The position numbers and the translations under genes were made by a program. Shown piece by piece: positions 1 to 10,479 of a DNA stretch of 64,000 nt (its first letter is position 1; the number at the start of each line of letters is the position of its first letter). This DNA is from an uncultured Bacilli bacterium (GTDB taxonomy: Bacteria; Bacillota_I; Bacilli_A; RFN20; CAG-826), in the NCBI GenBank assembly GCA_944363535.1, contig CALVUG010000001.1, forward strand, positions 16,461-80,460, given 5' to 3'. Under the pieces are notes generated by a model. It searched no databases. It was not told the origin of the DNA and was given only the letters and a program-made list of their open reading frames with translations.

Positions 1-1672
1 CTTTACGACGAGAGTTGATACACTTTATGGTTGCACTTATTGTTGCTTAGCACCAGAACACCCCTTAGTGAAACAAATAACTTCGAAAGAAAAAGAAAAA
101 GACGTCGAAGACTATCTTAACAAAATTGCTTCAAAATCTGATTTAGAAAGAACTGATTTAAATAAAGAAAAGACTGGTGTATTCATTGGGGCTTATGCCA
201 TCAATCCAATCAACGAAGAAAAAGTTCCAATTTACATCGCTGATTACGTTCTTGCAAATTATGGCGAAGGGGCGGTCATGGCTGTGCCCGCTCACGATGA
301 AAGAGATTATGCTTTCGCTAAAGCTCATCACATCGAGATGAAACAAGTTTTAGAAGGTGATATTTCTAAACAAGCGATGATAGATGATGCAAAACATATT
401 AACTCGCCTTTAATTAATGGGAAAAATATCGTGGAATCGAAGATAATTTTAAATAAATATTTAAAAGAAATTGGTAAAGGTGAAGAACAAATTACTTACA
501 AATTAAGAGATTGGTTATTTTCTAGACAAAGATATTGGGGTGAACCAATCCCAGTCGTCTTCTTAGACGATGATAAAATCGTTCCTTTAAAAGAAAATGA
601 CTTGCCTTTAACTTTACCGCATCTAGAAGAATATAAGCCGAGCGGTACAGGTGAATCGCCCTTAGCGTTAGCGAATGATTGGTTACACGTCGAAGTGGAC
701 GGAAAAGAAGCGAGAAGAGAAACTAACACGATGCCGCAGTGGGCGGGATCATGTTGGTATTACATCCGATATTTAGACCCACATAACGCTCACGCCTTAG
801 CTGATCCAAAACTAATCGAACATTGGTTACCGGTCGATCTTTACGTTGGTGGGGCGGAACATGCGGTCTTACATCTTCTTTACGCTAGATTCTGGCATAA
901 AGTTTTATATGATCATGACATCGTCAAATGTAAAGAGCCATTTAAGAAATTGTTCCATCAAGGGATGATTTTAGGTAGCAACTACGAAAAGATGTCCAAA
1001 TCGCGCGGTAACGTCGTCAATCCTGATGAACTAATCGAACAATTTGGGGCGGACGCCTTACGTTTCTTTGAAATGTTCATGGGACCGCTTGAAGCTTCCT
1101 TACCTTGGAACGATAACGGGGTGGAAGCGGCAAGAAAATATTTAGACCGCGTCTATCGTTTGTTAGAGAGCGATGAATTTAAAAATAAAATCGTTGAAGA
1201 AAATGATCATTCCTTAGATTACGTCTACCATTTTAGCGTGAAAAAAGTAACGGAAGATTATCTAAACTTACAATATAATACCGCTTTAGCGCAGCTCATG
1301 GTTTTAACGAATGAATTATATAAAGCTAAGAGCATTTATCGCCCTTATTTAGAAGGTCTTATCATCATGCTTTCACCTGTTTCACCTCACCTCATGGAAG
1401 AGATGTATGAAATGCTTGCTCATAACGGTTCATTAAGCGAAGCAAAATGGCCAACTTACGAAGAAAGTTATCTTAAGAAAAACACTGTCACCATCGCTAT
1501 CCAAGTGAACGGTAAACTTCGTGCGACTTTAGAAGTCGATGTCGACATCGAAGAAGAGAAGATGAAAGAAATGGCTTTAAATTTAGAAACAATCAAAAAA
1601 TATACGGACGGTCACGAAATTAAAAAGATCATCGTCATCAAACATAAGATTATTTCAATCGTCGTAAGTTAA
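1..1672 (+). CDS. leuS: leucine--tRNA ligase, C-terminal part (5' end lies outside the window)
   Basis: Frame 2 is open from nt 2 (FTTRVDTLYGCTYCCLAPEHPLV...) upstream of the track's GTG at 68. Class I KMSKS motif (YEKMSKSRGN). LeuRS-like C-terminal domain. Confidence 0.95.
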   Translation, partial: FTTRVDTLYGCTYCCLAPEHPLVKQITSKEKEKDVEDYLNKIASKSDLERTDLNKEKTGVFIGAYAINPINEEKVPIYIADYVLANYGEGAVMAVPAHDERDYAFAKAHHIEMKQVLEGDISKQAMIDDAKHINSPLINGKNIVESKIILNKYLKEIGKGEEQITYKLRDWLFSRQRYWGEPIPVVFLDDDKIVPLKENDLPLTLPHLEEYKPSGTGESPLALANDWLHVEVDGKEARRETNTMPQWAGSCWYYIRYLDPHNAHALADPKLIEHWLPVDLYVGGAEHAVLHLLYARFWHKVLYDHDIVKCKEPFKKLFHQGMILGSNYEKMSKSRGNVVNPDELIEQFGADALRFFEMFMGPLEASLPWNDNGVEAARKYLDRVYRLLESDEFKNKIVEENDHSLDYVYHFSVKKVTEDYLNLQYNTALAQLMVLTNELYKAKSIYRPYLEGLIIMLSPVSPHLMEEMYEMLAHNGSLSEAKWPTYEESYLKKNTVTIAIQVNGKLRATLEVDVDIEEEKMKEMALNLETIKKYTDGHEIKKIIVIKHKIISIVVS

Positions 1673-2652
1673 GCGATTTCTACGCTCGTATATTCATTTA
1701 AATCGGTGGGGGCGTTTATGGTGACGCCCTCATTTTTATTTAATAAGATCGTTTCAAAAGTAATATTAGTGGTCATCTTTTCTTGACTCGTTTGATTTTC
1801 GATCGGTTGAGTGGCATTAAAATCGACGTCGAAACTATAAATAGTTTGTTCATCGAAATGGAAATCTAGATAAAAATAATTTAAGTTCATACTTTGTAAG
1901 TTGGTTAAGTTATCTTGCACCATCTCATCAAATGCAGTTTGATTGATATCTTTATACGTTTGTCCTTGGGCTTCTAAACTAGCTTCCGCTTCTAAGATAG
2001 CGATATGTCTTTTACCTAAAGAAAATGATAAAGTTATCATCTCTTCTTCCGTGTAAGCATAAGGCGTATCGAAAAATGGAATCGTATTTAAGATGGTGAA
2101 GACGCCTAAAGCGTCACTTACATTATCTAAGCCTTGAAAAATAGATAAATTGACGTAAATCTTACCATTTTCTGGGAATGTTATATCGACATTTTCTAAA
2201 TAGGATTCTAATAATATTTCGCTTAAATCGAGAACGCTAGTGTCTTTAAAATGAGCGTAAGCGGCATCATTTTCAACGTAGAAGTCGACGTCAATTTTTG
2301 GTGCGATCGCGCTCGTAAGAAGCGATATTTTTAAATTGGTGGAGCCTTGTATAACCTTAGTTTGATTAGATTCATTTTTTTCTTTCATCACTAATGAATA
2401 ATCGTCATGATCATCCTCGCTTATTTCAATTTCAAGGTCTTCACTTACTGCGTTAGTTGAATCGCTCATCGTCATAAACATCTCTAAATTATCGATAGCG
2501 TATTCGATAGCGTTTAAATCGCTTAAGTAAGAAGTAGAGACACTTATTAATTCACTTTTTAAAGCGTCAGCGCGTTCAGCGTGATAAGCGCCATCATCGC
2601 AAGCAGTAAGGGTGATTATAGGGAGTAATATTAATAAAGGATATTTTTTCAT
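1669..2652 (-). CDS. putative lipoprotein, unknown function
   Basis: N-terminus MKKYPLLILLPIITLTAC has a lipobox (L-T-A-C). Acidic Asn/Asp/Glu-rich mature part with no recognisable motif. Convergent with leuS, 4-nt overlap. Confidence 0.7.
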   Translation of the reverse strand: MKKYPLLILLPIITLTACDDGAYHAERADALKSELISVSTSYLSDLNAIEYAIDNLEMFMTMSDSTNAVSEDLEIEISEDDHDDYSLVMKEKNESNQTKVIQGSTNLKISLLTSAIAPKIDVDFYVENDAAYAHFKDTSVLDLSEILLESYLENVDITFPENGKIYVNLSIFQGLDNVSDALGVFTILNTIPFFDTPYAYTEEEMITLSFSLGKRHIAILEAEASLEAQGQTYKDINQTAFDEMVQDNLTNLQSMNLNYFYLDFHFDEQTIYSFDVDFNATQPIENQTSQEKMTTNITFETILLNKNEGVTINAPTDLNEYTSVEIA

Positions 2653-2757
2653 GCTTCAATTATATTAATATAAAAATTGATATTCAAACTAAATTATTTA
2701 TAATGATAGCAGGCACGATACTCAAGTTCATTGAGATTGTAGCGGAGGTAAACATTT

Positions 2758-3519
2758 ATGATCATATGCGTCGATATTGGTAACACCTGCATCGATTTAG
2801 GCATTTTTAAAGAAGGTAAGATTATTAAAACTTATCTTTTTAATACGTCTTTAACGAAGACGGGTGATGAATATTATTTAAGTTTCAATTCACTTTTAAA
2901 CGATAACATCGATATAAAAGATATCGAAGCGATTTATATCGCAAGCGTCGTTCCCTCTATTACTAGAAGGATCGCTCGGGCATTAGAAAAAGTTTTTAAA
3001 GTAAGTCCAACTTTACTTTCTAGACATCTAAAAAGTGGAATAAGAATTAAAATTGATCATCCCCAAGAACTTGGACAAGATTTATTATGCGCAGGGGCAG
3101 CGATAAAAAAGATGAATTTAGCTCCAGCCTTAATTATCGATTTAGGTACTGCGACAAAATTTATCGTCGTCGATAAAAATGAAGATTTAGTTGGCTGCAT
3201 CATCTATCCTGGCGTCAAGGTCAGTTTTGACGCTTTAGCGGAAAAAGCCGCGCAACTTATGGATATTTCCTTTGAAAAACCGGAAAGTGTCATCGGAAAA
3301 AACACTGTCGCTAGTTTAAATAGTGGCGCGGTCAATGGAACGATTGCCCTCATCACTGGCTTAGCGAAAATGATCCAAGATGAACTAGGTTATCCTTTAA
3401 ACAAAATTATTACAGGGGGTTATTCTAATATCTTAAAAGGTCTACTTCCAAGTTCCTATCTATTCGACCATCATCTCGTCTTAAAAGGATTATTTGACAT
3501 CTATGATCGCAACCGATAA
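2758..3519 (+). CDS. coaX: type III pantothenate kinase
   Basis: N-terminal MIICVDIGNTCIDLGIF (DxGNT acetate/sugar-kinase fold motif), ~250 aa. GGAGG SD upstream of the ATG. Confidence 0.85.
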   Translation: MIICVDIGNTCIDLGIFKEGKIIKTYLFNTSLTKTGDEYYLSFNSLLNDNIDIKDIEAIYIASVVPSITRRIARALEKVFKVSPTLLSRHLKSGIRIKIDHPQELGQDLLCAGAAIKKMNLAPALIIDLGTATKFIVVDKNEDLVGCIIYPGVKVSFDALAEKAAQLMDISFEKPESVIGKNTVASLNSGAVNGTIALITGLAKMIQDELGYPLNKIITGGYSNILKGLLPSSYLFDHHLVLKGLFDIYDRNR

Positions 3520-5458
3520 GAAAATACTTCGCATGTGCGTCGATGCGATGTTCATCGCTTTGATCGCTTTATTTACTTTTATTCCTAACCTAGGTTTTAT
3601 TACCATTGGTCCAATTTCTTTTACGACCATTCATCTCATCGTCTTAGTAGGGGCGTTTTTATTCGGCATCATCGAAGGGACGATTTTTGGTTTAGCTTTT
3701 GGCTTATGTTCTTTATTTAAAGCTTTGACGATGCCCGCGAGCGTCGCTGATTACTTATTCGTCAATCCTTTAATTTCTATTCTTCCGCGTGTCATCTTCG
3801 GTTTTTTAGCAGGCGTTTTATTTCAACTTATTAGAAATAAAGTGCATAATAAAGTAGGCTTTAGTGTTTTAAGCGGGGTCTTAAGTGGACTATTAACTTT
3901 ACTTCATACTGCGATGGTCATTCCCTTACTTTACGCTTTTATGCCTGATCAAGATACGACGTTTTTCGCTGTTTTATCCGCTATCTTTACATTGAACTGC
4001 GTCGTAGAAATTTCTTTAGCTATCGTCTTAGTGCCGCTCATCTCGATTCCATTATTAAAGCCAGCCTCAAGATTACGTTTAAAAATGAAGAAAGGTAAGA
4101 AAATGATTATGAAAAAAGTTCCAGCATTCATCGAAGTACAAGAAGAAAATATGTTAAATACGCTTTCTAAGCTCATCGCTATTCCTAGCGTCTATGATCC
4201 TTCTAGCGTTAGTGAACTTCATCCTTATGGAAAAAAAGTAAGCGATGCATTAGCCTTCTTAAAAGAAGAAGCGTTACGTTTAGGCTTTGATAAGGCAAGA
4301 ATTTATGATAACCGCGTCTTAGAAATTGATGTCGGTGGAGAAGGTGACCTCATCGGTATCTTTGCTCACACCGATGTCGTAAGCGCAGAAGGTGAATGGC
4401 ATCATCCACCTTTTAGCCTAACGCGCGTAGATAATTTAATTTATGGGCGAGGGGTCATCGATGATAAAGGACCGCTCGTCTTAATCATGTACGTCTTAAA
4501 AATTTTAAAAGAGCAAAATAAGATTAAAAATCATAAGATAAGACTCGTCATCGGAGGAGATGAAGAAAGAGGTTCATCTTGTTTAAAATATTATTTTGAA
4601 ACGCTTAAAAAAGAGGAACCAAAATATGCTTTTACTCCTGATGCGGATTTCCCTTTGATTTATAGTGAAAAAGGAATTTTACATTTTTATTTAAATCTAG
4701 ATATGCATCTAAAAAAAATTTCTACTATCGAAGCTGGTAATGCTTTTAATATTTGTATCGATAAGGCTACTATAAGACTAAATGATGAAGATAAAAATTT
4801 TATTAAATTTTTAGATGAAAATAAAATTGATTATAATTTAATCGATGATAAGACCATTTCTTTTTTAGGAAAAGCATCGCATGGCTCTTTACCTTTACTT
4901 GGTAAGAATGCCTTTTTAATCGCTATTAAGGTGATAGGTGAATATTACGATGAACTAGAATTAAAAGAACTTTATACCTTACTTTCTGATCAAGAAGGTC
5001 AAGGCTTAAATATCTATATCAAAGATGAAGAATTAGGTTCAACGTCTTTAAATATTGGTTTAGCAAATTATAAAGATAATAAATTAATGATTGGTATCGA
5101 TTACCGTCATCCACATTTAATTACTTACGCCCAAATTGTGGAAAATATTAAAAAGCAAGATAAGTTCGTTTATAAAGAAGATAGTTATGCTTCACCTTTA
5201 TATATTGACCCGAATGGAGTCCTAGTAAAAACTTTACTTGGAGCTTATCAAAAAATAAGTGGTGAAAAAGACGCCAAGCCACTCGCTATTGGGGGAGGGA
5301 CTTACGCAAAAGAAGTGAAAAACTGCGTCGCTTTTGGACCCGCTCTTACCAATAAAGATTGCCATATGCATGGAGCGGATGAAGTTTATGATGTCGAAGA
5401 GATGAAACGAGCTATGCATATTTATTATGAAGCATTATTAAATTTATTGGAATTATGA
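3494..5458 (+). CDS. in-frame fusion: multi-TM ECF S-component-like membrane domain (aa ~1-195) + M20 dipeptidase PepV-like domain (aa ~205-654)
   Basis: One uninterrupted ORF. The N-terminal part has ~6 hydrophobic helices. The C-terminal part has M20 motifs (HTDVV, GRGVIDDKGP, GGDEERGS). The track start is TTG at 3494; the first ATG is at 3503. Internal ATGs at 4085/4103/4109 sit behind an AAAGGTAAG SD-like stretch. Confidence 0.75.
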   Translation: MTSMIATDKKILRMCVDAMFIALIALFTFIPNLGFITIGPISFTTIHLIVLVGAFLFGIIEGTIFGLAFGLCSLFKALTMPASVADYLFVNPLISILPRVIFGFLAGVLFQLIRNKVHNKVGFSVLSGVLSGLLTLLHTAMVIPLLYAFMPDQDTTFFAVLSAIFTLNCVVEISLAIVLVPLISIPLLKPASRLRLKMKKGKKMIMKKVPAFIEVQEENMLNTLSKLIAIPSVYDPSSVSELHPYGKKVSDALAFLKEEALRLGFDKARIYDNRVLEIDVGGEGDLIGIFAHTDVVSAEGEWHHPPFSLTRVDNLIYGRGVIDDKGPLVLIMYVLKILKEQNKIKNHKIRLVIGGDEERGSSCLKYYFETLKKEEPKYAFTPDADFPLIYSEKGILHFYLNLDMHLKKISTIEAGNAFNICIDKATIRLNDEDKNFIKFLDENKIDYNLIDDKTISFLGKASHGSLPLLGKNAFLIAIKVIGEYYDELELKELYTLLSDQEGQGLNIYIKDEELGSTSLNIGLANYKDNKLMIGIDYRHPHLITYAQIVENIKKQDKFVYKEDSYASPLYIDPNGVLVKTLLGAYQKISGEKDAKPLAIGGGTYAKEVKNCVAFGPALTNKDCHMHGADEVYDVEEMKRAMHIYYEALLNLLEL

Positions 5459-6072
5459 GACAAAAATATAAGCCTTGGGCGGAACCATATTTAATCGCTA
5501 ACAAAGAAAGAATGATCACTTCACCTAGCGCAGTTGATAATTATAGTAATTATCATCAACATATTTTAGAGATAGGTATGGGTAAAGGTGACTTTCTTTT
5601 AAGGATGGCAAAAGTATACGAAGAGACATATTTTGTCGGTGTCGAATTAAATAAGACGTGTGGGGCCATCGCTATGAAAAAGATCATCGAAGAAAATATT
5701 CCTAACGTCTATTTTTATATCGGTAATGCTTCTAATTTAGAGGAAGTTTTACCTTCTAAGATGAAATTTGACGCTATCTATTTAAATTTTCCTGACCCAT
5801 GGCCAAAGATTCGTCATCATAAAAGAAGATTGACGTCAAAAAGATTTTTAGACATCTATAAAAAGATATTGAAGCCTGGTGGTAGAGTCATCTTAAAAAC
5901 GGATCATTTAGAACTTTTTGACGATAGTGTGATGACTTTTGAACAAGAAGGTTTTAAGATATTAGCACTGGAGAGAAATTACTTAATTTCTTCCGGTCCG
6001 ATGTCTAATTACGAAGAAAAGTATATGAAGATTGGAAAAAAGATGTACAAAGTCGAGGTAAGTTATGATTAA
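5455..6072 (+). CDS. trmB: tRNA (guanine-N7)-methyltransferase
   Basis: LEIGMGKGDFL SAM motif and FPDPWPKIRHHKRR signature. ATGA overlap with the upstream stop. Confidence 0.9.
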   Translation: MRQKYKPWAEPYLIANKERMITSPSAVDNYSNYHQHILEIGMGKGDFLLRMAKVYEETYFVGVELNKTCGAIAMKKIIEENIPNVYFYIGNASNLEEVLPSKMKFDAIYLNFPDPWPKIRHHKRRLTSKRFLDIYKKILKPGGRVILKTDHLELFDDSVMTFEQEGFKILALERNYLISSGPMSNYEEKYMKIGKKMYKVEVSYD

Positions 6073-7156
6073 AATCGATAAAAAATCAGTCAAATATTTA
6101 AAAGAATTAACCTCACTTGACGCCATTTCTGGACGTGAAGATGAAGTAAGAAATTATCTTAAAAAAGCATATTTAAAGCACGATTTAGTCGTCGAATACG
6201 ATGAATTAGGTTCGATCGTCGCTCATAAAAAAGAGGCGGACGAAAGTTTACCAAAGGTTTTAGTAATCGGCCATATGGACGAAGTTGGTTTCATCGTGAA
6301 ACAAATTTTACCAAACGGCCTAATAAGCGTTAATGTGGTCGGGGGTATCACCTTATCTAGACTCCCTAGTTCTCGTCTTATTTTAACGACGAAAAATAAT
6401 AAAAAATATTATGGTAGCGTCTCCGCTTTAGCGCCTCATCTAGGCGGCCCTAATAAAGATATCAAATCATCTGATTTAACTTTTGACTTTGGCTTTTCTA
6501 GTGAAAAAGAAGCAATTAAGGCTGGTGTAAGCGTTAACGATATGATCGTCGAAGAAGGGAATTTTAAGAAAATTGGTAAGAACCGTTATCTCGCTAAAGC
6601 ATTCGACAATCGATATGGCTGTGCTTTGGGTCTAGATTTATTAGATGCATTAAATGAAGAAAAATTAAATGTTAACCTTTATGTAGGTGCGACCGTTCAA
6701 GAAGAAGTTGGTTGCCGTGGTGCGATCACTTTATCGCATATGATTAAACCTGATATTTGCATCATCTTAGATTGTTCTCCAGCGAACGACTACGATGGTA
6801 ATAAAAACTCTAATGGTAGATTAGGTGATGGCGTCTTAATTCGTTATCTTGACCGTGGCGTCATCGCAAATAAAGCCTTGCTCGATCTTCAAATCGATAC
6901 GTTAAACGAATTAAAACTTCCTTATCAATATTTTCAATCTGCGGGCACGACAGATGGCTCAAAAGTTCAACTAGCCTACGACGGTGTCCTCCTTTTATCA
7001 CATTGTCTATGTGCAAGAAATATTCATTCGCCTTCTTCTATCATCGATGGAAGAGATTATGAGGTAGCAAGAATTTCTTTAGTTAACCTCATTAAAAAAC
7101 TTGATAAAGAAGTCATTTTAAGATTACGAAAGGAAACGGTTTATGGAAGAGATTGA
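6065..7156 (+). CDS. M42 family aminopeptidase (paralog 1)
   Basis: GHMDEVGF motif and VQEEVGCRGA metal-site region, ~360 aa. Clear paralog of 44884-45963. Confidence 0.85.
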   Translation: MIKIDKKSVKYLKELTSLDAISGREDEVRNYLKKAYLKHDLVVEYDELGSIVAHKKEADESLPKVLVIGHMDEVGFIVKQILPNGLISVNVVGGITLSRLPSSRLILTTKNNKKYYGSVSALAPHLGGPNKDIKSSDLTFDFGFSSEKEAIKAGVSVNDMIVEEGNFKKIGKNRYLAKAFDNRYGCALGLDLLDALNEEKLNVNLYVGATVQEEVGCRGAITLSHMIKPDICIILDCSPANDYDGNKNSNGRLGDGVLIRYLDRGVIANKALLDLQIDTLNELKLPYQYFQSAGTTDGSKVQLAYDGVLLLSHCLCARNIHSPSSIIDGRDYEVARISLVNLIKKLDKEVILRLRKETVYGRD

Positions 7157-8249
7157 ACTAAAAAAGAGCGGCAAATTAGCGAGATTAACGAATAAAACCT
7201 TTAAATTTGATGCAAGAATTAAAGATGGTTTTTTCTCCGCGAATTACTTTTTAAAATCGCATCATATCGTCGAATCTTTACTTCCTGGTCACATCGTCAC
7301 GATGCAATTTTTTCAACGTCGTGAACAAGCGATGGTCTGTGGCTTAGATGAAGTTATCGCTCTTATTCATACGTTCGCTAAGCACCCTGAAGATTTAGAA
7401 ATTTATGCTTTAGAAGATGGGGATATGATAAGTGCGAACGAACCAGTGTTAAAAATTAAAGGTCGTTATGAAGATTTTGGTTATCTTGAATCTTTAATCG
7501 ATGGAATTTTAGCAAGACGTACAAGTGTGGCTACCAATGTTCATGAAGTAGTTTTAGCTGCAAGAGGGACGAACGTATTCTCTATGGCGGATAGACAAGA
7601 TGATTATTTGACGCAAGTCGGTGATGGCTACGCTACTTACGTCGGTGGTATCACGAAAGTTTCTACCGATGCCCAAGGCTTATGGTGGGGTGGAAAAGGT
7701 AGTGGGACGATGCCACACGCCTTAATTGAAATTTGTGGAGGCGATATCATCAAGGCTAGCGAAGCATATTTAAAAGCTTATCCTGAAGAAAAGTTAACCG
7801 CCTTAATTGATTATCATAATGATGTGGTAAGAGATTCTTTACTTTTAGCAAGACACTTAAAAGATAAACTTAACGCGGTGAGAGTCGATACTTCTAAATC
7901 GCTCATCGATCATTATTTCGATGATAAAGATACATCTGGCTTTGATCCACATGGTGTCTGTAAACAATTAATTTATGCCTTAAGAGAAGCCTTAGATAAA
8001 GAAGGATTTAATCACGTTAAAATTATCGTTTCTAGTTCCTTTTCAAAAGAAAAAATTGATGAATGGACGAAGGAAGGAGTGCCTGTTGACACCTATGGTG
8101 TCGGCACCTATTTTGTCAACAATATGACTTGTGGTTTCACTGGAGATTTAGTAAATTTAGATGGAAAGCCACAAGCAAAAGAAGGTAGAAAAGAAATAGC
8201 TTCTAGCCGTCTTAAAAAAGTTCCCTATCCAATCGAAGCACAATATTAA
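7143..8249 (+). CDS. pncB: nicotinate phosphoribosyltransferase-like (short type)
   Basis: Type II PRTase-like pattern (GTMPHALIE, VRVDTS, VSSS...) and ~370 aa length, as in archaeal/Mollicute NAPRTases. Family call from motif memory only. Confidence 0.65.
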   Translation: MEEIELKKSGKLARLTNKTFKFDARIKDGFFSANYFLKSHHIVESLLPGHIVTMQFFQRREQAMVCGLDEVIALIHTFAKHPEDLEIYALEDGDMISANEPVLKIKGRYEDFGYLESLIDGILARRTSVATNVHEVVLAARGTNVFSMADRQDDYLTQVGDGYATYVGGITKVSTDAQGLWWGGKGSGTMPHALIEICGGDIIKASEAYLKAYPEEKLTALIDYHNDVVRDSLLLARHLKDKLNAVRVDTSKSLIDHYFDDKDTSGFDPHGVCKQLIYALREALDKEGFNHVKIIVSSSFSKEKIDEWTKEGVPVDTYGVGTYFVNNMTCGFTGDLVNLDGKPQAKEGRKEIASSRLKKVPYPIEAQY

Positions 8250-8261
8250 GGAGAAAAAAAT

Positions 8262-9515
8262 ATGCATAATATCTTAGAAGAATTAAAATGGCGAGGCTTA
8301 CTCAAAGATTGTTCAAATGAAGAAGCTTTAGCGAAGTTACTTGAAAGTAAACAGACGATTTATTGTGGCTTTGATCCGAGTGCGAAAAGTATGCATTTAG
8401 GAAATTTTGTCATGATTTCTATCCTCATGCGTCTACAACGCGCTGGTCATAAAATAATCGCTGTCGTCGGTGGTGTGACTGGGATGATTGGTGATCCAAG
8501 CGGTAAGTCGCAAGAAAGAAATTTACTCGACGTTAAGACGCTAGAAAATAATCGTAATTGTATTAGAAAACAACTGGAAAGATTTTTAGATTTAAGCGAT
8601 TCTAATAAAGGAGAATTAGTCGATAACTACGAATGGCTAGGCAGTTTAAAAGTCATCGATTTCTTAAGAGATTATGGTAAATATTTTTCCATCAATTACA
8701 TGCTTTCAAAAGATATCATCGCTTCGAGATTAAATGTTGGAATTTCGTATAGCGAATTTTCTTACATGATTTTACAATCGATCGATTTCTTACATCTTTA
8801 CGACGTTAAAAATTGTCATATTCAAATTGGCGGAAGCGACCAGTGGGGCAATCTTACAAGTGGGCTTGAGCTCATTAGAAAAGTGCGTGGAACCGATGCC
8901 GAAGTTGAAGTTTTAACCGCACCTTTAATTACGCGTAGTGACGGAAGAAAATTTGGTAAATCGGAAGATGGAGCGTTGTTTTTAGATAAAGAACTCACAA
9001 GTCCATATAAACTTTATCAATATCTTATCAATACGAGCGATGAAGATACGCTTCGTTACCTAAAGATATTTACTTTCCTTTCTAAAGAAGAAATCGAACG
9101 CATTAGCGAAGAACATCTTAAAGCCCCTCATCTTCGTTTAGCGCAAGAAACTTTAGCCTACGAAGTAACGAAGACAATTCATGGTGAAGAAGCGGCTAAA
9201 GAAGCAAAGGAAATGTCTAATATTCTCTTTAGCGGCGAAATTTCTCAGTTAAATAAAGCTCAGCTTGAAGATATTTTCTCTTCCTTCATGGTCGAAGTTA
9301 AGGAAGATTTAAAATTAGAAGATTTGCTAATCCATATTGGGGCGGCTAAATCTAAACGCGAAGCAAGAGAATTTTTAAACGGTGGTTCGATTCGTTTGAA
9401 CGGTGAAAAAGTTAATGATCCTAATTTAGTCATCGATAAATCCAATGCTTTATTTGATGAATATCACCTCATCAAACGAGGGAAGAAAAACTATTATCTT
9501 GTTAAACATATTTAA
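8262..9515 (+). CDS. tyrS: tyrosine--tRNA ligase
   Basis: HIGH-type motif (SMHLGNF), KFGKS motif, C-terminal S4-like domain. AAGGAG SD. Confidence 0.95.
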   Translation: MHNILEELKWRGLLKDCSNEEALAKLLESKQTIYCGFDPSAKSMHLGNFVMISILMRLQRAGHKIIAVVGGVTGMIGDPSGKSQERNLLDVKTLENNRNCIRKQLERFLDLSDSNKGELVDNYEWLGSLKVIDFLRDYGKYFSINYMLSKDIIASRLNVGISYSEFSYMILQSIDFLHLYDVKNCHIQIGGSDQWGNLTSGLELIRKVRGTDAEVEVLTAPLITRSDGRKFGKSEDGALFLDKELTSPYKLYQYLINTSDEDTLRYLKIFTFLSKEEIERISEEHLKAPHLRLAQETLAYEVTKTIHGEEAAKEAKEMSNILFSGEISQLNKAQLEDIFSSFMVEVKEDLKLEDLLIHIGAAKSKREAREFLNGGSIRLNGEKVNDPNLVIDKSNALFDEYHLIKRGKKNYYLVKHI

Positions 9516-9532
9516 TTTATAAATAAAGTAAG

Positions 9533-9570
9533 CAAAGAAAAAGGGCAGCCGTATGGCTGTCCTTTCATTT
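9533..9570. terminator. bidirectional rho-independent terminator between convergent tyrS and rpsD
   Basis: 8-bp stem GGGCAGCC/GGCTGTCC (one G-U pair), 4-nt loop, A-run upstream and T-rich tract downstream. Confidence 0.75.
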
Positions 9571-9588
9571 TGGCTAGATAAATTAGAA

Positions 9589-10191
9589 TTAGAGCAAACG
9601 GTTGTAGTATTCGACGATTTGCGCTTCGTTGATATCTTTAGGTAATTCATTACGTTCTGGTAAACGGATGAGCTTACCGCTTAGTTTTTCAGCGTCAACT
9701 TCGACCCAAGCACAAGCGTTTTTGTTCGCTTCAAGACTTTCCTTGATCACTTTTAAGTCGTGACCAGGCTTGACGGATACGACGTCATTAACCTTGACGA
9801 GCATGCTTGGAATATTTGCTCTTTGACCGTTAAGCAAGATGTGGTTGTGGCTGACGATTTGTCTTGCACCTTTACGAGTTCTTGCGAAGCCGAGACGATA
9901 GACGACGTTATCTAGACGGCTCTCTAAGATGTGCATGAACGCTAAACCGGTAACATCTTTAGATTTTTTAGCAATTTGGAAGAGACGACGGAATTGTTTT
10001 TCGTTCACACCGTACATGTGACGAAGTTTTTGTTTCTCGATCAATTGCTTACCATATTCAGATGGTTTTTTCTTACGGTCATTACCGTGTTGACCTGGAC
10101 CATATTTACGTTTCTTGAATTCTTTACCATTTTCTAAGATCGAGAATTCTAAGCGACGTGATTTTTTCCAAGTGGAACTACGATCTCTCAT
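9589..10191 (-). CDS. rpsD: 30S ribosomal protein S4
   Basis: 200 aa; typical S4 N-terminus (RR.., KLSEYG-like EYGKQLIEKQK) and S4 RNA-binding domain (RLDNVVYRLGFA.TR..ARQ.V.H). Confidence 0.95.
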   Translation of the reverse strand: MRDRSSTWKKSRRLEFSILENGKEFKKRKYGPGQHGNDRKKKPSEYGKQLIEKQKLRHMYGVNEKQFRRLFQIAKKSKDVTGLAFMHILESRLDNVVYRLGFARTRKGARQIVSHNHILLNGQRANIPSMLVKVNDVVSVKPGHDLKVIKESLEANKNACAWVEVDAEKLSGKLIRLPERNELPKDINEAQIVEYYNRLL

Positions 10192-10386
10192 GTCTTTTTT
10201 CCTCCTTCCTGAAATATTGCATATTTTCGAAGGGATAAATTCCTCACCCCGGATGTCTTGATATTAACTTTTCACCTTTGAGCTTTGGTTACTTTGTCCC
10301 GCGAAGGTCAAGACGTCGGTCGAGTGGTATTTACCTGCTACTTTACATGCGAGAAATATTATTGCACGATTAAGATAGGTTAGTCA
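10192..10386 (-). promoter_or_regulatory. long structured 5' leader of rpsD (candidate S4 autoregulatory leader)
   Basis: ~190-nt untranslated stretch upstream of the AGGAGG SD. Long-range complementary arms GTCTTGA...TCAAGAC. Bacillus rpsD is known to be autoregulated through its leader. Confidence 0.35.
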
Positions 10387-10479
10387 ATGAAAATTTATAC
10401 TATGTATAAGTTAGAATGTTTATTATTTATGAATATAAAATATTCAAATTTTAAAAATTGTTGCTATAATAAATTTACT

